A stretch of DNA of 8,040 bases from Deinococcus radiodurans R1 = ATCC 13939 = DSM 20539 (GTDB lineage Bacteria > Deinococcota > Deinococci > Deinococcales > Deinococcaceae), in NCBI RefSeq assembly GCF_000008565.1, contig NC_001263.1:1277332-1285371 (forward strand), in the 5' to 3' direction. Shown here in pieces: positions 1-7,223 of the stretch (the first letter of the stretch is position 1; each line of letters starts with the position of its first letter). The translations under genes and the position numbers were made by a program. Under the pieces are notes generated by a model that worked only from the letters and a program-made list of their open reading frames with translations, was not told the origin of the DNA and ran no database searches.

Positions 1-733
1 GCCATGTTCTCGGCGTGGCTGCTCGGCGCGACTTCGGGCTCGACCATCCAGAATTCGAGCAGGTGACGCCGCGTCTTGGACTTCTCGGCGCGGAAGGTGG
101 GGCCGAAGTGTAGACCTTGCCGAAGGCGAAGGCGCCCGCCTCGGCGTGCAGTTGCCCGGTCTGCGAGAGGTACGCCTTGTCCTCGCCGAAGAGATCGATT
201 TCAAAAAGTTCGGTGGTGCCTTCAGCGGCGTTGGGCGTGAAGAACGGCGCGTCGAAGCGCACGAAGCCCTCGCCGTGGAAAAACTCGACGATGCCGCGCT
301 GCACGCAGTCGCGCACCCGCATGATGGCCCAGGGGCGGCGGTGGCGCAGCCAGAGGTGGCGGTGGTCCATCAGGAACTCGATGCCGTGCTCCTTGGGCGT
401 GATCGGGTACTCGCCCACGTTTTCGGAAATGACGCTGAGGTCACGCACGCTGAGTTCCACGCCGCCGGGAGCCCGCTCGTCGGCGCGGACTTCGCCGGTC
501 ACGCGCACGGCCTGTTCCTGGGTCAGGCGCTTGGCGGCCTCGAACACGTCCTCGGCCACGTCGCCCTTGAACACGGTGCCCTGCACGAAGCCCGAGCCGT
601 CGCGCAGCTTGAGAAATTGAATCTTGCCCTTGCCGGACTTGTCTTGCAGCCAGGCCAGCACCTCGACGGACTGCCCGATGTGCTGTTTCAGGTCTTGAAT
701 ACTCGAACGGGTCACTGGGGATGAAGCAGTCAT
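1..733 (-). pseudogene. asnS: Asparagine--tRNA ligase (AsnRS), 5' portion. The 3' end lies beyond the window start. The frame is broken by an apparent 1-nt deletion near 107-109, so this is a pseudogene as sequenced or a sequencing error.
   Basis: Manual minus-strand translation from ATG 733-731 (an in-frame GTG lies at 715) gives [52 protein letters not shown]...[27 protein letters not shown]...[46 protein letters not shown]. This matches the OB-fold anticodon-binding domain plus the start of the class IIb catalytic core of AsnRS. After codon TAC (112-110), [27 protein letters not shown] (motif 2) appears only in the frame shifted by one nucleotide. The gene is absent from the ORF track because no stop occurs before the window edge. 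Confidence 0.8.
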
Positions 734-741
734 TGGGGGAA

Positions 742-747
742 AGTATG
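742..747 (-). promoter_or_regulatory. Putative -10 element (CATACT) for asnS, 8 nt upstream of the ATG. Implies a leaderless or near-leaderless transcript.
   Basis: Minus strand reads gCCATACTttcccccaATG. There is no GGAGG-like Shine-Dalgarno between the hexamer and the ATG. The same layout recurs at four other genes in the window. Confidence 0.4.
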
Positions 748-794
748 GCAGAGGAGGGGCGAAAAGGCCCAGCGCTCCCGCTGCCTGAGCCGCC

Positions 795-1079
795 TCAGCA
801 AAAAAAGGGCGGCAACCCCCACGCCGCCCCCGCCGCCAGCAGGCCGCCGAACGCCAGCACCTGGGCCAGCGTGCGCCCGAAACTCCCCGGACGCGGCACC
901 GAGCTGAAAACGAAGGCCGCAATCGCCACCAGTGCGAGGGCATAAGCCGACGTCTCTGGCACCCGGACGCAGGGACCACGTTGCGCGGCGGCGAATTCGG
1001 CCAGGAGTAGCAGCCCGAGGCAGAGCAGCGCGGCAAGGGCCCAGGCGCCCGCGTGACCCGTGCCCCCGGAGCGGCGCAT
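795..1079 (-). CDS. Hypothetical small membrane protein, 94 aa, about 3 hydrophobic segments.
   Basis: The ATG at 1079 overlaps the TGA of the upstream nitroreductase gene (minus strand TGATG), a translational-coupling geometry. Roughly 80 percent of third codon positions are G or C in this frame by manual count. Hydrophobic stretches are [38 protein letters not shown] and [21 protein letters not shown] recognise no family. Confidence 0.6.
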   Translation of the reverse strand: MRRSGGTGHAGAWALAALLCLGLLLLAEFAAAQRGPCVRVPETSAYALALVAIAAFVFSSVPRPGSFGRTLAQVLAFGGLLAAGAAWGLPPFFC

Positions 1080-1876
1080 CAGTCCTGTGTGGGCTTCTCG
1101 TATTCAGGCCGGTCGCAGGTTTCCCGGAACACGAACTGCTCCAGCCGCTTGCGGTGGCGGCTGCTCCAGTCAATGGAAGGCCGCGCCGTTTCTTCCGGCA
1201 GGTAGCCGAGGCGGTAGACGGCCATCAGTTCGAGGTCGTCCGGCACCTTGAGCAGCTCCTGAATCGCCTGCCACTGCCGGGGAATCTCCATCGGTGTGCT
1301 GACGAACTGAATGCCCATGCCGAGCGTGCCCACCGTGTTCCAGATGTTCTCGATGGCGGCGCCGAGGCCGAACACCGAGTAAAAACCGCTGAGTTCGCCG
1401 GGGCGGTACTCGGATTTGTCGAGCAATGCGGCGAGCAGCAGCGGGCTGCCGGCCACCAGCTTGCGGTTGTCCTCGCCGAGTTTTTTGGGCACGCCGAGCT
1501 GCCGCATCAGCTTGAGGCCCGCGTCACTGAAGACCTGCCGGGTAAAGGGCTTGAGCGGCCCAGGCAGCCGGTCGATGTGAATCCCGTCGCGCCGCTCGTC
1601 CATCTCGGCTTCGGTAAAGCGGAAATAGCGGCGGTAGCGCTCAAAAAATACGCCCGCCTCGATCAGCTCGGTCATGCTCTGGCCCGAGAGGTCGGCGACC
1701 CGCGCAATCGTCCCGGGGTCTTCGATCAGCACGAAGCGCCACGGCTGCGAGTTGAAGTGGCTCGGCGCCGCCTGCGCGACCCGCATCAGCAGGTGCTGGT
1801 GCTCACGGCTCACCGGGTCAGGCCGAAAAGGCCCGTTGGTGGTGCGCCGGTTCAACATGCCTTCAATCAGTTCCAT
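1079..1876 (-). CDS. Nitroreductase-family (FMN-dependent oxidoreductase fold) protein, 265 aa.
   Basis: N-terminal RRTTNGPF matches the R-R-[ST]-x-R/N-x-F FMN-phosphate motif. [15 protein letters not shown] matches the canonical N-x-Q-P-W-x-F motif of the nitroreductase superfamily. The long ORF has strong third-position GC. Substrate cannot be inferred. Confidence 0.8.
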   Translation of the reverse strand: MELIEGMLNRRTTNGPFRPDPVSREHQHLLMRVAQAAPSHFNSQPWRFVLIEDPGTIARVADLSGQSMTELIEAGVFFERYRRYFRFTEAEMDERRDGIHIDRLPGPLKPFTRQVFSDAGLKLMRQLGVPKKLGEDNRKLVAGSPLLLAALLDKSEYRPGELSGFYSVFGLGAAIENIWNTVGTLGMGIQFVSTPMEIPRQWQAIQELLKVPDDLELMAVYRLGYLPEETARPSIDWSSRHRKRLEQFVFRETCDRPEYEKPTQD

Positions 1877-1884
1877 CGGGGGGC

Positions 1885-1890
1885 AGCCTA
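1885..1890 (-). promoter_or_regulatory. Putative -10 element (TAGGCT, fits TANNNT) 8 nt upstream of the nitroreductase ATG. No Shine-Dalgarno.
   Basis: Minus strand reads gcgcgcTAGGCTgccccccgATG. It lies just downstream of the hairpin at 1914-1930. Confidence 0.35.
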
Positions 1891-1913
1891 GCGCGCAGGG
1901 GCCAAAAGAACGC

Positions 1914-1930
1914 CCCGTTGCTGAAACGGG
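1914..1930 (-). terminator. Weak candidate intrinsic terminator after the ruvA-LtrA-small protein operon.
   Basis: On the minus strand, CCCGTT-tcagc-AACGGG forms a 6-bp stem with a 5-nt loop. It is followed by gcgTTCTTTTgg, 31 nt after the TAA at 1961-1963. The stem is short, so confidence is low. Confidence 0.3.
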
Positions 1931-1960
1931 ACCGGCAGCATGAATGACGCGGGCACTGAT

Positions 1961-2269
1961 TTACCAGGCTCCCCACACCCCCAGCCCGAAGGCCGCCGCG
2001 CAGAGAAGGGCCCGCTGCCAGTGGTTCGCCCGGCCCGGTTTGGTGCGCGGCATGGTCAGCAGCAGCGCCAGGGCGGGCAGCAGCCATAGCCCCCGCAGCC
2101 CCGCCAGCAGGCCCGCGACCAGCACGCCCGCGCACACCGCGAAAAACAGCGCGTGGTGCGGCCAGCGGGCCAGGTCCCGGCGCCAGCCGAGTTGCAGCGA
2201 CAGCCCGAGTAGGAGCAGCAAGGCCAGCAGCCCGGCACTCAGCAGCAGCGCGAGGTGACGCGGCGCCAC
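1961..2269 (-). CDS. Hypothetical small membrane protein, 102 aa, 3-4 hydrophobic segments.
   Basis: GTG start at 2269 lies 2 nt after the TGA (2272-2274) of the upstream LtrA-family gene. A GGGAG Shine-Dalgarno sits 6 nt upstream. About 90 percent of third codon positions are G or C in this frame by manual count. Highly hydrophobic sequence ([66 protein letters not shown]). Confidence 0.6.
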   Translation of the reverse strand: MAPRHLALLLSAGLLALLLLLGLSLQLGWRRDLARWPHHALFFAVCAGVLVAGLLAGLRGLWLLPALALLLTMPRTKPGRANHWQRALLCAAAFGLGVWGAW

Positions 2270-2271
2270 GC

Positions 2272-3561
2272 TCAGCTCCCGGCGGGCGCTTCGTCCCGCT
2301 CTTCGAGTTGCTGGCTGATTTTTTCCTCGATTTTGCCGAGGTAAGCGGTGGTGGGGTCAGTGGCGACCACGAACGCCAGCCCGACGGCGAGCGCGGCGAC
2401 GAGGCCCTGAAGTTGCAGCGTGTCGAGGTCCACGAAGGCGAGCGCGGCGGAGGCGACGCTGCCGAGCAGCAGGGCCACCAGACTGCGGTCCGCGCCCCGT
2501 TCACCGGCCACCCGGCGCGAGTTGGCGCGCAGGAAGGCCAGGGTCAGCAGCGCCCCGGCGAGCGGCCAGACCACGAACTGCTGCTGGGTGGCGACTTCCT
2601 CAGCGGTGCCGCTGCCGATGCCCTGGCCCAGCCCCACGCTGAGCATGATGATGCTGAGGGTCAGCGGCAGGTGGCCGTAAAACCACGGCAGCGTGCCGAG
2701 GGTCTGCCCGCGCGTGTGTGCCTGCAACAGCGGCAGCGCGCGCGCCTGGTCGAAGTACAGCCGCCACAGCGACACCGCGACTAGAATCGAGAAAAAGGCT
2801 GGCAGCAACGTCGTCCAGCCCAGGGTCTGCTGGCGGCTCCCGTTCACGACCTCGGTGATGATTTCCCCCAGCGCGATGATTTGCAGCAGGCCCACCCGCT
2901 CCGAGAGGTGGCCTTGATGCGGCAGCACCTGCTGACCGTCGCGGCGCCCGAGCAACGGGTGGAGCACGTCGAGCAGCAGCGCGGCCCCCCATACGGCAAG
3001 CTGCGCCCCCGAGCCGCTCGGCAGCAGCGCCGACCCCAGCCACAGCAGCCCCGCCGTGCCCACCACCGCCGAGGTGCGCCGCGAAAAGGTCACGTCGGCG
3101 GGCGTCTTGTGGTCGGCCCAGCGGTGCAGCCCGGCGTTGAGCAGGCGGTTGATGCCGAAGGCGACGGCGAAGTAGGTGCCGGTCTGTTCGAGGTCGCCGC
3201 GAATGATGACCGCGAGCAGCGCCACCGAAATCAGCTCGGCCACCGTGTCCCAGCGGTAGACGCGCCGCTCGTTGCCGTAGCGGGCGGCGAAGGTCGAGTT
3301 GCTTGCCCAGGCCCACCACACCGCCGTGAACAGCAGCAGAAAAATGCCGATGTTGGCGAGGCTGGCGTTCGCCCCGAGGCGCTTGGCGAGCTGGTCGAAG
3401 GCCACCACGAAAATCAGGTCGAAAAACAGTTCCAGCCAGCTGACCTTCTGTTCCTCGCTGGCGGGGGTGCCGGTCAGCTGGTCGCCGCGCGGCGCGTGGT
3501 TGCCCACCGTTTGCTGTTGCAGGGCGATGTTGTCGGGCTTGCCCTCCGGCCCTCCCGTCAC
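2272..3561 (-). CDS. LtrA-family (low temperature requirement protein A-like) integral membrane protein, 429 aa. Exact start uncertain.
   Basis: [19 protein letters not shown] matches the N-terminal ELFFDLVFV signature of the LtrA family (Pfam PF06772, from memory). Multiple hydrophobic helices run throughout. The longest-ORF GTG start at 3561 overlaps the ruvA stop (minus strand GTGA). An in-frame GTG about 18 codons downstream is an alternative start. Confidence 0.8.
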   Translation of the reverse strand: MTGGPEGKPDNIALQQQTVGNHAPRGDQLTGTPASEEQKVSWLELFFDLIFVVAFDQLAKRLGANASLANIGIFLLLFTAVWWAWASNSTFAARYGNERRVYRWDTVAELISVALLAVIIRGDLEQTGTYFAVAFGINRLLNAGLHRWADHKTPADVTFSRRTSAVVGTAGLLWLGSALLPSGSGAQLAVWGAALLLDVLHPLLGRRDGQQVLPHQGHLSERVGLLQIIALGEIITEVVNGSRQQTLGWTTLLPAFFSILVAVSLWRLYFDQARALPLLQAHTRGQTLGTLPWFYGHLPLTLSIIMLSVGLGQGIGSGTAEEVATQQQFVVWPLAGALLTLAFLRANSRRVAGERGADRSLVALLLGSVASAALAFVDLDTLQLQGLVAALAVGLAFVVATDPTTAYLGKIEEKISQQLEERDEAPAGS

Positions 3562-4163
3562 CGCAGCCGCCCGAGGGCCTTACGAATCAGGGTGTCGGCG
3601 CTCGCTTCGGGGTCGGCGCCGAGCAGTTCGGCCACCGCCGCCCGCACCTGCGCCTCGCGGAAGCCGAGCGCGAGCAGCGCGTCCACCGCGTCGTGGCCCG
3701 CCGTGCTGCTGACCCGCGCCGGGCGTTTGCCGCCTGCCGCTCCGCTGGCCGCCGCCGCGAGGTGTTCGGGCACCTTGCTGCTCAGCTCCAGCGCGAGGCG
3801 CTCGGCGGTCTTTTTGCCCACGCCGCTCACGCTCGAGAGCAGTTTCACGTCGCCGCCAATGAGCCCTGCCGCGAGGGCCGACACCGGCATGGCCGAGAGC
3901 AGCGCGAGCCCCAGCTTGGGCCCCACACCCGACACACTGGTGAGCAGGTCAAAGAGTTTGAGGTGGTCAGCGTCGGGAAAGCCGAACAGCAGTTGGGCGT
4001 CCTCGCGCACGATGAAGCGGGTGGAGAACTCGGCGGCCTCGCCGGGCTTGAGCCGGGCCAGCATCCCCGCCGGGCACTGCACCTCGTAGCCCACGCCGCC
4101 CGCGACGACCACGGCGCTTCCCTCACGCACTTCACGCACCACGCCGGACAAGTAAGCAATCAT
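3558..4163 (-). CDS. ruvA: Holliday junction branch migration complex subunit RuvA, 201 aa.
   Basis: [12 protein letters not shown]...[11 protein letters not shown] is the canonical RuvA N-terminus. Two helix-hairpin-helix motifs are present ([18 protein letters not shown] and [20 protein letters not shown]), followed by a flexible linker and C-terminal domain III. The track ORF 3558..4622 is trimmed to the ATG at 4163, because the upstream extension crosses the intergenic region and gatC. Confidence 0.93.
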   Translation of the reverse strand: MIAYLSGVVREVREGSAVVVAGGVGYEVQCPAGMLARLKPGEAAEFSTRFIVREDAQLLFGFPDADHLKLFDLLTSVSGVGPKLGLALLSAMPVSALAAGLIGGDVKLLSSVSGVGKKTAERLALELSSKVPEHLAAAASGAAGGKRPARVSSTAGHDAVDALLALGFREAQVRAAVAELLGADPEASADTLIRKALGRLR

Positions 4164-4170
4164 CACGGGA

Positions 4171-4197
4171 AGTCTAGGGTACGGGCGGGGGAGGCAA
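4171..4197 (-). promoter_or_regulatory. Putative ruvA promoter: -35 TTGCCT (4197-4192), 15-nt spacer, -10 TAGACT (4176-4171), then 7 nt to the ATG (leaderless layout).
   Basis: Minus strand reads TTGCCTcccccgcccgtacccTAGACTtcccgtgATG. There is no Shine-Dalgarno before the ATG. Confidence 0.45.
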
Positions 4198-4279
4198 ATC
4201 TGGCGGCAGAGACAAAGCGCGGGCCGTGTAGTCGTTGGCCTTATAAATGGGGACCGTGCGGGCGCCCCAGCTCGCCCCG

Positions 4280-4285
4280 TATACT
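4280..4285 (+). promoter_or_regulatory. Putative gatC -10 element TATACT, 7 nt upstream of the ATG (leaderless layout).
   Basis: Plus strand reads ccccgTATACTccggcgcATG with no Shine-Dalgarno. The -35 region is poor. An AT-rich TTATAAAT box at 4241-4248 is an alternative or additional -10-like element. Confidence 0.45.
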
Positions 4286-4292
4286 CCGGCGC

Positions 4293-4583
4293 ATGATTGA
4301 CGCGGCCCAAATCGACCACCTCACGGCGCTCGCACGGCTGGAACTGTCCCCCGCCGAGCGCCGGACTATGCAGCAGGACCTGACCCGGATGCTGGGCTAC
4401 TTCGAGCAACTGGGCCGGGTGCCCACCGAAGGCGTGCAGGAAATGCAGCGCCCAGTGTCGCTGGTCAACGTGCTGCGCGACGACGCTCCCGGCGAGACGT
4501 TTCCGTCCGGCGTGGTGTCGGCCCTGGCGCCCGAAACCCAGGACGGCTTTATCCGCGTGCCGCGCACGGTGGACACCGAATAA
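4293..4583 (+). CDS. gatC: Asp-tRNA(Asn)/Glu-tRNA(Gln) amidotransferase subunit C (GatC), 96 aa.
   Basis: [48 protein letters not shown]...LRDD has the size and pattern typical of GatC: I..V..LA.LARL.L...E, then L..IL.Y...L, then the LR.D motif. The track ORF 3693..4583 is trimmed to the ATG at 4293. Confidence 0.9.
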   Translation: MIDAAQIDHLTALARLELSPAERRTMQQDLTRMLGYFEQLGRVPTEGVQEMQRPVSLVNVLRDDAPGETFPSGVVSALAPETQDGFIRVPRTVDTE

Positions 4584-4642
4584 TTTCCTGCACCCAACCC
4601 CCGTCGCACCCCGAACCCCCAAGCTCCCTGAACCCCCAAGTT

Positions 4643-4646
4643 GGAG
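4643..4646 (+). promoter_or_regulatory. Shine-Dalgarno (GGAG) for serS, 8 nt upstream of the ATG.
   Basis: Plus strand reads caagttGGAGacgcctgaATG. Confidence 0.6.
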
Positions 4647-4654
4647 ACGCCTGA

Positions 4655-5932
<1,278 letters not shown>

Positions 5933-5952
5933 GCACTCTCCGAAGTACAAAG

Positions 5953-5989
5953 AAGGCCCCTCCCCGCACAAGTCGTGGGGAGGGGCCTT
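5953..5989. terminator. Bidirectional intrinsic terminator between the convergent serS and substrate-binding protein genes.
   Basis: Perfect 13-bp GC-rich stem AAGGCCCCTCCCC (5953-5965) pairs with GGGGAGGGGCCTT (5977-5989) around an 11-nt loop. It is followed by T(TT)CATCT on the plus strand and CTTTGTACTT on the minus strand. It sits 21 nt after the serS stop and 11 nt after the minus-strand gene stop. Confidence 0.8.
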
Positions 5990-5999
5990 TCATCTCGGC

Positions 6000-6977
6000 T
6001 CAGTGCCGAATCAGCGTCTTGAGGTCAGGTGCCCGGCGAATGTAGCCGGCTTCCACGTTCAGGTCGGCGTATTCCTGCAATGCCGCCGGGTCGATGGCAG
6101 TGGTGAAGCGGGTGCGGGCGTAGGCGCGTTGCAGCACCCGCAGGTCGAGCGTTTCGCCGGTCAGTTTCTGCAATTGCCGGTTCACGGCGTTCTGGGCGGC
6201 GGCGGGCGACTTGTTCAGGAAGGCCACGGCGCTCGCGTGGGCTTTCAGGAAAGCGGCCACGAGGTCAGGGTTGGCCTGCGCGAAGCGGGTGTTCACGATC
6301 AGGATGGCGCTGGGATAGTTGCCGCCGCGCCACACGGTCTTTTCGTTGCCGATGACCCGGTGCCCCTGCGCTTCGAGTGCCGCGCCCCAGGGTTCGGGCA
6401 CCAGGGCGGCGTCGGCCCGCTTGCCCGCGAAGGCGGCCACCACGTCCGCCGGGGGAATCGGCACCACGGTCACGCTGCCGCCCGCCGCCTTGTCTTTCAG
6501 ACCGTTTTCGCCGAGCAGGTGCCGCAGGCTGATGTCCTGGGTGTTGCCCAGGCTGGGCACGGCGACGATCTTGCCGTCGAGGTCGTGCGCCGTACGGATG
6601 CTGCTGTCCTTGCGGGCGACAAGCACCGCGCCCGCTTCGGCGGCGCCCGCCAGAATCTGCACCGGCACGCCCCGGCTCGCCGCGCTGATGGCCGGCCCCG
6701 GCCCGATGTAGGCGATGTCGATTTGCCCCGCCGCGAACGCCTCGGAGAGCGTGGTGCCCGAAACGAAGGTGCGGGCGTCGAGCCGGGTCTTGCCCAGCGC
6801 TTTTTGAAAGGTGCCGCGCTCCAGCCCCACCAGCGCCGGGGCGTGCGTCAAGTTGGGAAAATACCCTAGCCGCACGGTGCTGGCACTCTGGGCACCGGTA
6901 TTCTGTGCACCGGCATTCTGGACGGTGGCGCTGGACAAGGTCAGGGCGGCGAGCAGCAGCAAACGGGTGCGGTTCAT
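6000..6977 (-). CDS. ABC transporter periplasmic substrate-binding protein, NitT/TauT (SsuA/NMT1-THI5-like) family, 325 aa, with an N-terminal signal peptide.
   Basis: Signal-like N-terminus [24 protein letters not shown] with no lipobox Cys. Mature domain [17 protein letters not shown]...[12 protein letters not shown]...[18 protein letters not shown]...[10 protein letters not shown] is typical of sulfonate/nitrate/taurine-type binding proteins. A strong Shine-Dalgarno AAGGAG lies 5 nt upstream of the ATG (plus strand 6983-6988). Ligand cannot be inferred. Confidence 0.85.
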   Translation of the reverse strand: MNRTRLLLLAALTLSSATVQNAGAQNTGAQSASTVRLGYFPNLTHAPALVGLERGTFQKALGKTRLDARTFVSGTTLSEAFAAGQIDIAYIGPGPAISAASRGVPVQILAGAAEAGAVLVARKDSSIRTAHDLDGKIVAVPSLGNTQDISLRHLLGENGLKDKAAGGSVTVVPIPPADVVAAFAGKRADAALVPEPWGAALEAQGHRVIGNEKTVWRGGNYPSAILIVNTRFAQANPDLVAAFLKAHASAVAFLNKSPAAAQNAVNRQLQKLTGETLDLRVLQRAYARTRFTTAIDPAALQEYADLNVEAGYIRRAPDLKTLIRH

Positions 6978-7209
6978 GGGAACTCCTTGGAAGGGTGGGT
7001 CAGGGGAAGCAAGGGAAATGAGCAGGGGAGAAGTGTGTAGGCTGTTCCGACACCCGGATGGTGCGGCGATGAACCTGTTTTGTAGGGTAGGCCCTAAAGA
7101 TGACCAAAAAGGTCAACTGTTTAGGCAGCTGCGGGGGCTGACCTCGCGCTGACACTTTCCCGGCCCGGCCTTTCTAACCTGCCCCGTCCCCTGCCGGGCC
7201 GCGCCGCGT

Positions 7210-7215
7210 CATACT
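7210..7215 (+). promoter_or_regulatory. Putative hom -10 element CATACT, 8 nt upstream of the ATG (leaderless layout).
   Basis: Plus strand reads gcgtCATACTcgaccctgATG with no Shine-Dalgarno. In frame, there is no ATG, GTG or TTG between the upstream stop (TAG 7122-7124) and ATG 7224. Confidence 0.4.
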
Positions 7216-7223
7216 CGACCCTG

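Noticed and set aside
802-808. A7/T7 homopolymer at the 3' end of the 94-aa ORF (CCC TTT TTT TGC TGA) as a slippery or phase-variable site, and the flanking GCCGCC...GGCGGC inverted repeat as a terminator.
   Set aside because: The run lies two codons before the stop, so slippage would change only the extreme C-terminus. The alternative frame gives a low-complexity tail. The inverted repeat has a 13-nt loop and no trailing U-tract on the transcribed strand.
730-1173. 147-aa minus-strand ORF spanning the asnS upstream region and the 94-aa gene.
   Set aside because: It is off-frame relative to the 94-aa ORF, which has a much better third-position GC pattern and a coupled start. It would overlap the asnS start and promoter. 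Its sequence is Gly/Arg/Pro-rich with no motif.
4164-4292. Radiation/desiccation response motif (RDRM, the 17-bp palindrome seen upstream of Deinococcus DNA-repair genes) upstream of ruvA.
   Set aside because: No TT-N13-AA palindrome resembling the RDRM consensus is present. The only AT-rich element is TTATAAAT (4241-4248), a 6-bp palindrome better explained as a -10-like box.
4164-4622. N-terminal extension of ruvA implied by track ORF 3558..4622, and the matching extension of gatC in ORF 3693..4583.
   Set aside because: The conserved RuvA N-terminus begins exactly at MIAYLSG (ATG 4163), and GatC begins at MIDAAQI (ATG 4293). The extensions run through the divergent intergenic region and through each other's coding sequence.
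4584-4654. Possible T-box leader or other riboswitch upstream of serS.
   Set aside because: The spacer is only 71 nt. It has no specifier-loop or T-box sequence architecture and no terminator/antiterminator alternative. That is far too short for a T-box of about 200 nt.
6978-7223. Possible TPP riboswitch (for the NMT1/THI5-like binding protein) or SAM-I riboswitch (for hom) in the long intergenic region.
   Set aside because: There are only fragmentary resemblances (GAACCTG; GGGTAGGCCCTAAAGATGACC). The CUGAGA and pyrimidine-sensor helix elements of the TPP riboswitch are absent, as are the kink-turn and four-way junction segments of SAM-I. hom also appears to have a -10 box directly at its ATG. 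A covariance-model scan (Rfam/Infernal) would settle it.
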